59,136 bases of DNA from an uncultured Candidatus Saccharibacteria bacterium (GCA_964346955.1 CAYFWT010000021.1:1-59136), one strand, 5' to 3'. Counted from the stretch's first letter, positions 9,418 to 18,005 are shown. Notes: generated by a model from the letters alone, not told the origin. Numbers and translations: made by a program.

Positions 9418-9525
9418 ATTAGTCCCTTGATATCAAAATAAAAAGAAAGGAGGTGATGGTTGTTTTTACAGAAAAGAATTGAGTCAGTAAATCTGAAACA
9501 CTAAAGAGACAAGGAGGTAAGAGAG

Positions 9526-10851
9526 ATGAGAAAGATTTTGCTCAGTGTATTTCTTTTGGTTCTTGTGATAGCCCTGGTGATGCCCTCGGGAGTATATTCC
9601 GGAGGGAAAAAATGTCCTCCGCCCCCGCCGCCGCCGCCTGATATCGATATTGATATTGATGTAAAGGCGAAGGCCAACGCTAAGGCAGAGGCCACTGGCA
9701 TCGGCAACGTGAACGTCGAGCGGAATTTTCTGGAGCCGATGTTTGTCGGGGGTCAGTCAATTCAGGCTTTCTTTGGCGACTTTGAGACTGACGGATCTTC
9801 ACCGTTAGGGATCGTCCCTTCGGTAGTGACAAGGAAAATGGCCAAGAAAAACAGACTCCGCCATAACCCAATCGGGATTTTCAATGTGTTGCCTATTGTA
9901 AAACGATGGATCCCGCCTTTCTACAGCTACAAGAAAGATGCCCTTGTTCTCCACAAAGACTTCGGCAAGAAAAGGGAAAAAAATGGCGAGATCAAGCTAG
10001 TGCCTATCCCCAAAGGCGAAAAAAAACCACTCGATTTTCTATTAGGGGAAGGCTACCTCCCGATATGGGCCAATAAAATCGAAGGAGAACCTGACAAGGA
10101 CGCCGATAAACTCTTATACACTTCGCTCATTCCTTTGATGAACAAAGGGATGACCCACTTCACGGTGATAAAAGCCGGCTCAAAAGAGGTGGCCAAGAGC
10201 GAGTCTGATTCTCTGGCCATTAGCGGCAGCGGTGGCGAGAACTTTACCAAAAGCGGAGTAAGAGGCGATCTTGGGGCAGGCCTCGGTGACGGCCAACTCA
10301 GAAACAAATTAGAACATTGGTGGCATGTGGTCGGCATGGTATTTGTTCCTGAATTAGCCGAGGCGGCAAAAAAGCCGAAGGAAGAAGCTCAAGTACCGCC
10401 ACCTCCCCCAGCCGAAAAGAAGGTATTAGCACCTGTGGAAGCGAAAGAGGTGGTTCTGCTTGAAGCGGCACCTCCTGAGGTAACCATCTATTTCGACTTT
10501 AACAGTTTCCGGCTGAAGCCTGAAGAGCGGGAAAAAATTCCCACCATGGTTAAGTGGTTGAAAGAACACTCGGAATACCGGCTTCAGGCCGAAGGACATG
10601 CCTGTCTGATGGGCTCAGAAGACTATAATGCCAAATTGGCCAGAAAAAGAGCCCTGGCGGTGACCATGGCAGCCCTTAATCTGTTTGAGAAAGATTATGG
10701 TCTCTCTCGGGAAAAAGTGATGCCTAACCTCATCCTCCAGTATGTCTCGGTCGGCGAGGATAAGCCAGTAGTCGAAAACACGACCAAAGAAGGGGGTAAA
10801 CCTAACCGACGGGTCATCTTCAGGATTGTCGGCCCAGCCAGTGGTCAGTAA
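9526..10851 (+). CDS. OmpA-family (peptidoglycan-binding C-terminal domain) lipoprotein/secreted protein
   Basis: 441 aa with a signal peptide and a low-complexity P8-(DI)3-KAKANAKAEA segment. The C-terminus (YFDFNSFRLKPE...GHACLMGSEDYNAKLARKRALAV...NRRVIFRIV) matches the OmpA-like domain pattern. Strong SD aaggaggt. Confidence 0.75.
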   Translation: MRKILLSVFLLVLVIALVMPSGVYSGGKKCPPPPPPPPDIDIDIDVKAKANAKAEATGIGNVNVERNFLEPMFVGGQSIQAFFGDFETDGSSPLGIVPSVVTRKMAKKNRLRHNPIGIFNVLPIVKRWIPPFYSYKKDALVLHKDFGKKREKNGEIKLVPIPKGEKKPLDFLLGEGYLPIWANKIEGEPDKDADKLLYTSLIPLMNKGMTHFTVIKAGSKEVAKSESDSLAISGSGGENFTKSGVRGDLGAGLGDGQLRNKLEHWWHVVGMVFVPELAEAAKKPKEEAQVPPPPPAEKKVLAPVEAKEVVLLEAAPPEVTIYFDFNSFRLKPEEREKIPTMVKWLKEHSEYRLQAEGHACLMGSEDYNAKLARKRALAVTMAALNLFEKDYGLSREKVMPNLILQYVSVGEDKPVVENTTKEGGKPNRRVIFRIVGPASGQ

Positions 10852-10885
10852 AAGGAGGGTCAAGGAGGTTTGAAAGATTTATTCA

Positions 10886-10916
10886 GGCGAATTCCCACAA
10901 GGAATTCGCCTTTTTT
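10886..10916 (+). terminator. intrinsic terminator
   Basis: Perfect 10-bp stem ggcgaattcc/ggaattcgcc with loop cacaa, followed by TTTTTT. Confidence 0.75.
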
Positions 10917-10928
10917 CTTTTTAGCTTA

Positions 10929-10956
10929 TTGATATTTTTAAACTTAGGGGTATAAT
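10929..10956 (+). promoter_or_regulatory. sigma70-like promoter (TTGATA-16-TATAAT) for tRNA-Val
   Basis: The hexamers were read directly; the -10 ends 10 nt before the tRNA 5' end. Confidence 0.45.
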
Positions 10957-10965
10957 AATACAGCA

Positions 10966-11038
10966 GGGCGGTTAGCTCAGTGGCTAGAGCATTCGGCTTA
11001 CATCCGAAAGGTCAGAGGTTCGAATCCTCTACCGCCCA
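10966..11038 (+). tRNA. tRNA-Val (anticodon UAC), no CCA
   Basis: Acceptor GGGCGGT/ACCGCCC, anticodon stem TTCGG/CCGAA, loop CTTACAT, T arm AGAGG-TTCGAAT-CCTCT. Confidence 0.9.
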
Positions 11039-11113
11039 CTATTGACTTATTGTTTTTTTATGGTATTCTATTAAACTAGTTGTCTTAAAATATAATAAAA
11101 GGGAGGGCTAACA

Positions 11114-12106
11114 ATGGCGAATAAAAAACCCACCATTGGAGAAATTCAAGAGTACCTTGAAAAGTACAATCCTCTTGATTTAAGCGGAATCTCGATGATA
11201 CGTTTGATTAGTGAACACAATCACCTCCATTACCGACTGGAAAAAGATGACGAGGCCTATTGCCTGCGGATGATAAATCCGAAAACTTACCGAGCCGGAG
11301 AATGGTTACGGATACCTGAAGAACATGTTATTTTGAGGCGCCTGGGAGAAACTGGCTTGGGACCAAGCTCCTATTTCGTTGACCCAGAACGGTTTATGCT
11401 TCCCTTGATGATTCAAGAGTTTGTCTCGGGAATCACCTGCTTTAACAACTTAAAACCACTTTCCAACGAACATCTGATAGCTGCTGCTCAAGCAATCGCT
11501 CTGCTCAACTCACAAAACATCACCCCGGAAAACTTTCCTTTCCGAAGGGGGTTCACTCGCTACTCTTATCTAACCAATGTCGAGACCTGGCGAGAGCGCT
11601 TGCTTGAAATTGCCAAGGCGTCTTTACAAAAGGCACAAGAAAGCGTCTTTGAGTGGGTAGGGAAAATCGAGAAAGTGGTCAACCAGGCAGAAAAAATTCT
11701 GAAGGGTTTTGAGCCGCTATTAGAAAAATCGCCCTGGGTTTTTAATTTCGATGGAGCCCATACGGGAAACACCTATTGGAAAGATGGCCAAGTGATTTTC
11801 TTAGATTGGCAGAAAGTCAGCTACGGTGATCCATCTTTTACCCTGGCCCGATTCCTTACTTCGGTGGGCAAGACAGGAGAAATATCCTCTGCTGATAAAG
11901 AGGTAATGGTTCAGGCCTATCTAGAGGAAAGAGAGGTCTCTGAATTTGCTAAGTTAGTGGACCAACGACTCTTTGAGCGGAGTGTGGCTGACCTAGTCTG
12001 GGTACTCTGGAACTATGTTAAAGAAAGAAGAACTGAGCCGGTCGAACAAGCCACCAGTGTTGTTCCCCGCTACCAGATGGTCAAAAAATTGATTGAACAA
12101 TATTGA
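11114..12106 (+). CDS. phosphotransferase-family kinase (APH/choline-kinase fold)
   Basis: 330 aa. FNFDGAHTGNTYW and FLDWQKVSYGDPSFTLARF resemble the catalytic-loop and DxxxxxGDP motifs of the APH/ChoK family. The substrate is unknown. Confidence 0.6.
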   Translation: MANKKPTIGEIQEYLEKYNPLDLSGISMIRLISEHNHLHYRLEKDDEAYCLRMINPKTYRAGEWLRIPEEHVILRRLGETGLGPSSYFVDPERFMLPLMIQEFVSGITCFNNLKPLSNEHLIAAAQAIALLNSQNITPENFPFRRGFTRYSYLTNVETWRERLLEIAKASLQKAQESVFEWVGKIEKVVNQAEKILKGFEPLLEKSPWVFNFDGAHTGNTYWKDGQVIFLDWQKVSYGDPSFTLARFLTSVGKTGEISSADKEVMVQAYLEEREVSEFAKLVDQRLFERSVADLVWVLWNYVKERRTEPVEQATSVVPRYQMVKKLIEQY

Positions 12107-12117
12107 AGTTCTTCGCT

Positions 12118-12156
12118 AACGGCATTTGGCTCATTTTTACCAAATGCCGTTTTTTG
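12118..12156 (+). terminator. intrinsic terminator
   Basis: 12-bp stem aacggcatttgg/ccaaatgccgtt followed by a T run. Confidence 0.75.
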
Positions 12157-12195
12157 TTTGACCAAGCCAATAAAAAATGGTAATTTAATCAATAC

Positions 12196-12285
12196 GGAGA
12201 GGTACCGAAGTGGTCATACCGGCACGGTCTCGAAAACCGATGGTCCTTTACGGACACGTGGGTTCGAATCCCACCCTCTCCGCCA
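12196..12285 (+). tRNA. tRNA-Ser (anticodon CGA), CCA encoded
   Basis: Type II tRNA with acceptor GGAGAGG/CCTCTCC, anticodon loop CTCGAAA, a long variable arm, T arm GTGGG-TTCGAAT-CCCAC and discriminator G. Confidence 0.9.
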
Positions 12286-12770
12286 TGAAAACAATTCTAA
12301 TTGACAACCCGATTTTTTTGTTATTTTTTACTATCCTTGCTTTGGTAGTGATTTGGAATATTTTTCTCCATCTTAAGCTTTGGCAAATCAAGAAAAAGCT
12401 AAAAGTATTTTTTGCTGGGAAAAAAGCCTCTGATTTAGAAGGAGTGCTTTCTGAAGAAATCAAGCGCCTAAAAAAATCGGAAGCGGATGTAAAAGAGCTA
12501 TTTAAATCTTCAAAAGTGTTAGAGAAAATGGCTACCCAGAGCATCCAGAAAGTTGGCGTGGTTCGGTTTAATCCCTTTAAAGAAACTGGCGGAGACCAAA
12601 GCTTTGCCATTGCCCTTCTCGATTTCCAAGATAATGGTCTAGTTATCTCTAGCCTTTACAGTCGGGAAGGTACCAGAATTTATACCAAACCAATCGAAAC
12701 AGGCCAATCAAAATATCCTTTATCTAAAGAGGAATTAGGGGCTCTAAAAAAAGCAGGGGTGAAAGGGTAG
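12285..12770 (+). CDS. DUF4446-like membrane-anchored protein
   Basis: MKTILIDNPIFLLFFTILALVVIW is a TM helix, followed by a coiled segment and VGVVRFNPF...GGDQSFAIALLD...G.VISSLY. The family name is recalled, not searched. The ATG shares its A with the tRNA-Ser CCA end. The ORF-track start at 12210 lies inside the tRNA. Confidence 0.6.
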   Translation: MKTILIDNPIFLLFFTILALVVIWNIFLHLKLWQIKKKLKVFFAGKKASDLEGVLSEEIKRLKKSEADVKELFKSSKVLEKMATQSIQKVGVVRFNPFKETGGDQSFAIALLDFQDNGLVISSLYSREGTRIYTKPIETGQSKYPLSKEELGALKKAGVKG

Positions 12771-12797
12771 AATATAGAATATAGAATTTAGAACTTA
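12770..12797. repeat. 7-nt tandem repeat (gaatata x2, gaattta, gaactta)
   Basis: Read directly; it begins on the last base of the stop codon of the preceding CDS. Confidence 0.7.
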
Positions 12798-12876
12798 GCT
12801 TTTTTTATTTGGCTAAATGACCGAACCACCCCCAGGCCTAACTATCTTCTAAATTCAAAATTCGAAAAAGAAAAAA

Positions 12877-14385
12877 ATGCCAAAAGATACAGATAAAAAA
12901 AAGCATAGTCGCCAACTTCGTCCCCCCGTAGTAGTTATCTTGGGGCATGTTGACCATGGCAAAACTAGTATCTTAGATTACATCCGCAAAACGCATATCG
13001 CTGAAAAAGAAGCTGGTGGCATTACCCAACATATTGGTGCTTACCAAATAGAACATCATGGTAAAAAAATTACTTTTATTGACACCCCTGGCCATGAAGC
13101 TTTTTCAGCCATGCGCTCACGCGGCGCCAAGGTAGCTGATATTGCTATTTTAGTAGTGGCCGCTGAAGAAAGCGTTAAACCCCAAACCAAAGAAGCAATC
13201 ACTCATATTAAAAAAACTAGCATTCCCTTAATTGTTGCTTTAAATAAAATTGATAAAAAAGAAGCTCAGCCAGAAAAAGCCAAAGAAGAGTTATCAAAAA
13301 ATGAAATTATGGTCGAATCCTTAGGCGGTCAAATACCTTCAGTAAATATTTCTGCCAAAACTGGTCAGGGCATTGACAGCCTTTTAGAAATGATTCTTTT
13401 AGTGGCAGAAATGGAAGAACTAAAAAGCAAACCAGAGGAATTAGCTTCTGGAGTAGTCATTGAATCCTATCGGGATGCCCAGCGAGGAGCGACGGCTACT
13501 CTTTTAGTTAAGGAAGGTACTTTGAAAAACAAAGATATTGTCGGGACTGACTCAGCCATGGGACGGATTAAAACAATGGAAGATTTTCAGTGGCAGCCGC
13601 TTGAGGTAGCCACTGCTTCCATGCCAGTCATTGTTACTGGCTTTGACCAAGTTCCTCAAGTGGGAGAGAAATTCTTTGTCTTTGATATCCTTGAGGAAGC
13701 TCAAGCCAGGGTGGCCAAAAAAACTGCCAAAAGGAAAGAGGAAAAAGAAGTTTTAGTTTTTGATCCAGATAAAAAAATTCTTAACATCATTTTAAAAGCT
13801 GATGTTCATGGTTCTTTGGAGGCTATCAGAGAATCTCTTAAAAGCATTCCTTCCGAAGAAGTTATTTTAAGAATTCTCAAAGCGGAAATTGGTGAAATTA
13901 ATGAATCAGATATTAAATTAGCCGAATCAGCTCGAGCTAAAATAATCGGCTTTCGAGTTAAAGTCAGTTCAACTATCAAAGAATTAGCTCAGCAAAGAAA
14001 AGTAAAAATTTTACTTTTTGAGGTAATCTATGAGTTAATTCAGGGAGTCAGAGAATTGCTTTCTCAGCTTTTAGAACCAGAGATAATTAAAAAGGTCTTG
14101 GGTAAAGTTAAAATTTTAGCTCTCTTCCGAAAAGAAAAAGACCGCCAAATTATTGGTGGTCGGGTGACCACTGGCCAAGTGGAAAGGGGTGGCTTAATTG
14201 AAGTAATTCGAGAGAAGAAAAAAATAGGCCAAGGAAAGATAATTCAGCTGCAACGGGATAAAAAAGATGCGGAAGAAGTGGCCAAAGGACAAGAATGCGG
14301 CATTCTCTTTCAAGGAACCACCACTATTGAAGAAGGAGATATTTTAGAAATCTACCAAGAGGAAAGGAAAAAAAGAGAGATTTAA
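12877..14385 (+). CDS. infB: translation initiation factor IF-2 (short form lacking the long N-terminal region)
   Basis: 502 aa with G domain [24 protein letters not shown] and the C-terminal IF-2 domains. Confidence 0.9.
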   Translation: MPKDTDKKKHSRQLRPPVVVILGHVDHGKTSILDYIRKTHIAEKEAGGITQHIGAYQIEHHGKKITFIDTPGHEAFSAMRSRGAKVADIAILVVAAEESVKPQTKEAITHIKKTSIPLIVALNKIDKKEAQPEKAKEELSKNEIMVESLGGQIPSVNISAKTGQGIDSLLEMILLVAEMEELKSKPEELASGVVIESYRDAQRGATATLLVKEGTLKNKDIVGTDSAMGRIKTMEDFQWQPLEVATASMPVIVTGFDQVPQVGEKFFVFDILEEAQARVAKKTAKRKEEKEVLVFDPDKKILNIILKADVHGSLEAIRESLKSIPSEEVILRILKAEIGEINESDIKLAESARAKIIGFRVKVSSTIKELAQQRKVKILLFEVIYELIQGVRELLSQLLEPEIIKKVLGKVKILALFRKEKDRQIIGGRVTTGQVERGGLIEVIREKKKIGQGKIIQLQRDKKDAEEVAKGQECGILFQGTTTIEEGDILEIYQEERKKREI

Positions 14386-14387
14386 CT

Positions 14388-14723
14388 ATGTCCCAACGAA
14401 TCCAAAAAGTAAACGAACTTTTAAGGCATGAAATCAGTAATTTATTTTTACGGGAAATTGATTTTGGCAATGCCTTGGTCACTATTACTAAAGTAGAAAG
14501 CTCACCAGATTTAAGACAGGCCAGAATTAAAATCAGTGTTATGCCCACTGAAAAAACTGAGCCAGTCCTGCATATTTTAGAAAGAAATATTTTTCACCTC
14601 CAGCAGTTACTCAATAAAAAACTAACTATGAAAATAGTGCCCAAAATTATATTTGAAATAGACCAGGCAGAAATTAAGGCCCAACAAGTTGAAAAACTTC
14701 TTCAGAAAATTAAAAAGGGTTGA
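14388..14723 (+). CDS. rbfA: ribosome-binding factor A
   Basis: 111 aa beginning MSQRIQKVNELLRHEIS, with VTITKVE.S.DL..A.I. It sits directly after infB, the conserved order. Confidence 0.85.
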   Translation: MSQRIQKVNELLRHEISNLFLREIDFGNALVTITKVESSPDLRQARIKISVMPTEKTEPVLHILERNIFHLQQLLNKKLTMKIVPKIIFEIDQAEIKAQQVEKLLQKIKKG

Positions 14724-14755
14724 ATTTTATTGAATTTGTGGTAAACTAGCAGAAG

Positions 14756-14826
14756 GGCCACGTGGCCGAGTGGTTAGGCAACGGTCTGCAAAACCGTTTA
14801 TACCGGTTCGATTCCGGTCGTGGCCT
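14756..14826 (+). tRNA. tRNA-Cys (anticodon GCA), no CCA
   Basis: Acceptor GGCCACG/CGTGGCC, anticodon stem ACGGT/ACCGT, loop CTGCAAA. The discriminator is U, as expected for Cys. Confidence 0.9.
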
Positions 14827-14837
14827 CTGTTTTTTTT

Positions 14838-14922
14838 GCCGCGGTGGCGGAATTGGTATACGCGCATGACTTAAAATCATGTGGGCGAATAACCCATGTG
14901 GGTTCGAGTCCCACCCGCGGCA
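14838..14922 (+). tRNA. tRNA-Leu (anticodon UAA), no CCA
   Basis: Type II tRNA with acceptor GCCGCGG/CCGCGGC, anticodon stem CATGA/TCATG, loop CTTAAAA and T-loop TTCGAGT. Confidence 0.9.
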
Positions 14923-14931
14923 TCAATATAA

Positions 14932-14960
14932 AAAGACCCGCTTTTTCAAGGGGTCTTTTT
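14932..14960. terminator. bidirectional intrinsic terminator
   Basis: Stem aaagaccc/gggtcttt with A and T runs on both sides, between the convergent tRNA-Leu and the 3D-domain gene. Confidence 0.65.
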
Positions 14961-15462
14961 ATACTTCCAGCACTTCTACTTTGGCTTTTTTGACTCCGAA
15001 CTGTTTAGCCTGCCACTGGCTGGCAAACCAAATGTCCATTTTGTGACTGTTTCGAGGAGCCATCCGGTCCTCAACTACAAAGATTTTTTCTCCATAAAGA
15101 TGAGGAAGCCTTATCCTAGTGCCGAACCTTAAGAAGTTACAGGCGACTACCCCATTACGAACATAAGTTCCTGAGGCAGTGATAAAAGGGGTGGAGTCAG
15201 TTTGGTCAAAGGTGCTGGAATAAGCAGTGATAATAACCCAATATTGAGCCACCACTACTGGGGTATCTGGATTAGCTGGCTGAATCAAAGCCTGGCCATA
15301 AAGAGTAACTAATCCCTCAAGAGGAATTAGTTTAATCTCTGGCAGGACAATGGAGTCCCAATCAGCTAAAGAATAGCCAGTCCAAGAATACTGAGGAAAA
15401 ACCAAGCTATTAACCAAACTAATTAAAGCCAAAGAAGCTGAAAATTTAGAGTTGGTATACAT
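14959..15462 (-). CDS. 3D-domain (MltA/RlpA-like) secreted cell-wall protein
   Basis: 167 aa with an N-terminal signal/anchor. The C-terminal ITAYSS..DQTDSTPFITASG...VACN....GT.I.L......F.V.DRM...N..K.DIWF pattern matches the 3D domain. Confidence 0.7.
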   Translation of the reverse strand: MYTNSKFSASLALISLVNSLVFPQYSWTGYSLADWDSIVLPEIKLIPLEGLVTLYGQALIQPANPDTPVVVAQYWVIITAYSSTFDQTDSTPFITASGTYVRNGVVACNFLRFGTRIRLPHLYGEKIFVVEDRMAPRNSHKMDIWFASQWQAKQFGVKKAKVEVLEV

Positions 15463-15578
15463 ATGCTTTTAGACAAATTAAAAAATCCCCTTTTAGGGAT
15501 TTTCTATATGTTAGCACATTATCAGAAATGTGTCAAGCTTTTCAGGCTTCCTAAATTTTCAACTTTTGGCTATTTTTG

Positions 15579-15650
15579 AGCGGGTGAGCGGAGTCGAACC
15601 GCCATCTCATCCTTGGCAAGGATGTATAATAACCACTATACGACACCCGC
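15579..15650 (-). tRNA. tRNA-Gly (anticodon GCC), no CCA
   Basis: The reverse complement folds with acceptor GCGGGTG/CACCCGC, anticodon stem CATCC/GGATG, loop TTGCCAA, T-loop TTCGACT and discriminator U. The D arm is somewhat irregular by hand. Confidence 0.85.
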
Positions 15651-15653
15651 TTC

Positions 15654-15728
15654 TGGTGCCGAGGGGCGGAATCGAACCGCCGACTTTCTCTTTTTCAGAG
15701 AGACACTCTACCTCTGAGTTACCTCGGC
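15654..15728 (-). tRNA. tRNA-Phe (anticodon GAA), CCA encoded
   Basis: Acceptor GCCGAGG/CCTCGGC, anticodon stem TCTCT/AGAGA, loop CTGAAAA, T-loop TTCGATT. Confidence 0.9.
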
Positions 15729-15736
15729 ATAATTAG

Positions 15737-15810
15737 TGGAGATGGCGGGATTCGAACCCGCGACCTTCTGCGTGCCACGCAGACACTCTAACCAACTGAG
15801 CTACATCCCC
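15737..15810 (-). tRNA. tRNA-Ala (anticodon GGC), no CCA
   Basis: Acceptor GGGGATG/CATCTCC with G3:U70, anticodon stem TCTGC/GCAGA, loop GTGGCAC. Confidence 0.9.
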
Positions 15811-15827
15811 TTTTATGTCTTGTCGGG

Positions 15828-15901
15828 TGCCCTCGACACGATTCGAACGTGTGACCTGCTCGTTAGGAGTGAGCTGCTCTAATCCACTGAGCTACGAGGG
15901 C
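15828..15901 (-). tRNA. tRNA-Arg (anticodon CCU), no CCA
   Basis: Acceptor GCCCTCG/CGAGGGC, anticodon stem GCTCA/CGAGC (A31-C39 mismatch), loop CTCCTAA, T arm ACACG-TTCGAAT-CGTGT. Confidence 0.85.
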
Positions 15902-15920
15902 TAACCGTTAATCTTTAAAT

Positions 15921-15960
15921 ATGATATAATATTGACTAGGTCTAGTCAATAAAATATAAT
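15921..15960. promoter_or_regulatory. back-to-back divergent promoters sharing a perfect palindrome
   Basis: Plus strand: TTGACT (15932-15937), 17-nt spacer, TATAAT (15955-15960), pointing toward htrA. Minus strand: TTGACT (15949-15944), 17-nt spacer, TATCAT (15926-15921), pointing toward the tRNA cluster. The two -35 boxes are the arms of ttgactag-gt-ctagtcaa. Confidence 0.5.
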
Positions 15961-15997
15961 AAAAAATAATAAGATTAACTAAAGGAGAAAAATAATT

Positions 15998-17068
15998 ATG
16001 GCTAAAAAATCACCTGTTATTGACGTAGTTAAAAAAGTAAGTCCAGCCGTGGTTAGTATTATCATCAGCAAGGACTTACCGAAAATCAGAAAATACTATG
16101 TTCAACCCTTTGATGAATTTCTTGGCCCTTATGGTCAACCGATTCCTCAATATCGGCAAGAAGGCAGGCAACGAGTTAAAATTGGTGGTGGCAGTGGCTT
16201 TTTCGTTTCGCCAGACGGTATTATTTTAACCAACCGCCATGTGATTATTTCACCAAATGTGGATTACACCATCGTCACCACTGATGAAAAAGAATATCAA
16301 TCAGAAATTTTAGCTCGTGACCCAGTCAATGATGTGGCCATTCTTAAAGTTAAAAATGCTAAAGGGAGGAAATTTCCTATTTTAGACTTAGGTGACTCCT
16401 CAAAAGTGGAATTAGGACAGGATGTTGTTGCCATTGGGAATGCCCTAGGTGCTTTTCAAAATACTGTTTCCACCGGGGTTGTCTCAGGCTTAAGTCGCTT
16501 TATTACGGCCCGTGACGGCCTCTCTGGTCATACTGCTGAACTACGTGGGCTTATCCAAACTGACGCAGCAATTAATCCAGGTAATTCTGGTGGTCCCTTG
16601 GTTAATCTTGATAGTAGAGTTATTGCCATTAATGTGGCTATTGTTTTAGGCGCTCAGAATATTGGTTTTGCTATTCCTGTCAATAACGCCAAAAAAGATT
16701 TAGCTGACTTGAAAAAATACGGCCGGATTGTCCGACCATTTTTAGGTGTCCGTTATATCTTAATCAATAAGGCACTTCAGGAAGAGTTTGCCAAAAGACT
16801 TAATATCAATTTACCAGTTGACCATGGTGCTTTAATTATTCGTGAACCAGGAGTTGGTGATCCGGCAGTAGTTCCTAATAGCCCAGCTGCTAAAGCTGGC
16901 CTAATGGAGCGCGATATTATTTTAGAATTTAATAAAATAAAAATTACCGAGAAAAGTTCCCTTCAAGACCTTATCCAAAAATGCAAGCCCGGTGATTTAG
17001 CGGAAATAAAAATTCTTAGAGAAGATAAAATAGGCACTACCACGGTGAAATTGGAAGAAAGGAAATAA
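15998..17068 (+). CDS. htrA: HtrA/DegP-family serine protease with one PDZ domain
   Basis: 356 aa with the catalytic triad context (TNRHV, NDVAILK, GNSGGPL) and a C-terminal PDZ-like segment. Confidence 0.9.
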   Translation: MAKKSPVIDVVKKVSPAVVSIIISKDLPKIRKYYVQPFDEFLGPYGQPIPQYRQEGRQRVKIGGGSGFFVSPDGIILTNRHVIISPNVDYTIVTTDEKEYQSEILARDPVNDVAILKVKNAKGRKFPILDLGDSSKVELGQDVVAIGNALGAFQNTVSTGVVSGLSRFITARDGLSGHTAELRGLIQTDAAINPGNSGGPLVNLDSRVIAINVAIVLGAQNIGFAIPVNNAKKDLADLKKYGRIVRPFLGVRYILINKALQEEFAKRLNINLPVDHGALIIREPGVGDPAVVPNSPAAKAGLMERDIILEFNKIKITEKSSLQDLIQKCKPGDLAEIKILREDKIGTTTVKLEERK

Positions 17069-17090
17069 ATTTATTTGATAGGCTGGTAAC

Positions 17091-17119
17091 AAAAACCCCT
17101 GACTTATTCAGGGGTTTTT
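17091..17119. terminator. bidirectional intrinsic terminator
   Basis: Stem aaacccctga/tcaggggttt with loop ctta, flanked by A and T runs, between convergent genes. Confidence 0.65.
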
Positions 17120-17143
17120 GAATCCTTTAATTAAAGAGGTAAC

Positions 17144-17773
17144 TTACAAACCTTGGCCCACAATCAGCTGGTAAATCAGAAAAACTAAGGGCAAAATCCA
17201 GCGGAAGGCAAAGAAGATAAACAGAAGCAAAAAAATCATTCCATACTGTTCTAAAAATACTCTGGCCTTCTGCCAAGAATAAGGTAAAAAGGTAAAAAGA
17301 ATTTTAGAACCATCTAAGGGAGGTAAAGGAATTAAATTAAAAATAGCTAAAAGAATATTTAAAATAACAATTAAGCTAAATATTTGAACTAGGCCAGCTA
17401 AAGCAGGGACCTCAAGAGGCATAAAGCGCAGAGAAAGGCCAAAAACTAAAGCGACTAAAAGATTAGCTCCTGGCCCAGCCATGGCTACTTTGGCCATCCC
17501 GTAGCGCTGGTCACGAAGATTATAAGGGTTAAAAGGAACTGGCTTGGCCCAGCCAAAGATAGCCTGGCCGCCGGAAAAAATAAAAATCATCAAAGGGACA
17601 ATAAACGATCCCCAAAAATCTAAATGTTTTAAAGGATTTAAAGTTAGCCGACCATAATATTTAGCTGTTGAATCGCCTAATTGAAATGCCATCCAACCAT
17701 GGGCAAACTCATGAATAACTACTGACATTAGAAGAACAGCTAGCTGAAAAATTAAGATAATAAAGGTTTCCAT
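17144..17773 (-). CDS. site-2 protease family (M50) membrane metalloprotease
   Basis: 209 aa, polytopic, with the HEFAHG zinc motif and the LNLIPLPPLDG motif. Confidence 0.8.
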   Translation of the reverse strand: METFIILIFQLAVLLMSVVIHEFAHGWMAFQLGDSTAKYYGRLTLNPLKHLDFWGSFIVPLMIFIFSGGQAIFGWAKPVPFNPYNLRDQRYGMAKVAMAGPGANLLVALVFGLSLRFMPLEVPALAGLVQIFSLIVILNILLAIFNLIPLPPLDGSKILFTFLPYSWQKARVFLEQYGMIFLLLFIFFAFRWILPLVFLIYQLIVGQGL

Positions 17774-17815
17774 AGGGCTTGATAATTTATAATTGAGATG
17801 ATATGATAATCTATT

Positions 17816-18004
17816 ATGGCTAGACGATGTGCTATTTGCGGTAAAAAATCAATGGTAGCCACTGTCCGCAAAAAGCTTCGAGGTAAGTATAACCCAACTA
17901 CTAAAAAAAGAAAATACCCTAATCTGCAATGGGTTCGTCTTGCTAATGGTAAACGAGTTAAGGCCTGCACTAAATGTATTAAGACCATGTCAAAAACTAA
18001 ATAA
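17816..18004 (+). CDS. rpmB: 50S ribosomal protein L28
   Basis: MARRCAICGKKSMVATVRKKLRGKYNPTTKKRKYPNLQWV is a typical L28. Confidence 0.9.
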   Translation: MARRCAICGKKSMVATVRKKLRGKYNPTTKKRKYPNLQWVRLANGKRVKACTKCIKTMSKTK

Positions 18005-18005
18005 C

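Noticed and set aside
9456-9482. 8-codon mini-ORF (MVVFTEKN) in the OmpA-like leader
   Set aside because: The AGGAGG is only 2 nt from the ATG, which is too close for a functional SD. There is no supporting feature, so I do not claim a leader peptide.
12210-12284. N-terminal extension of the DUF4446 ORF, and the 120-aa antisense ORF 12248-12610
   Set aside because: The extension is read through tRNA-Ser. The antisense ORF overlaps both the tRNA and the better-supported plus-strand CDS.
9241-12285. Integrative element or prophage at the tRNA-flanked island
   Set aside because: No integrase, excisionase, phage genes or duplicated tRNA 3' ends (att-like direct repeats) were seen. Only the composition and the tRNA context suggest acquisition.
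15530-15736. 68-aa plus-strand ORF
   Set aside because: It is composed entirely of the antisense of tRNA-Gly and tRNA-Phe, so it is not coding.
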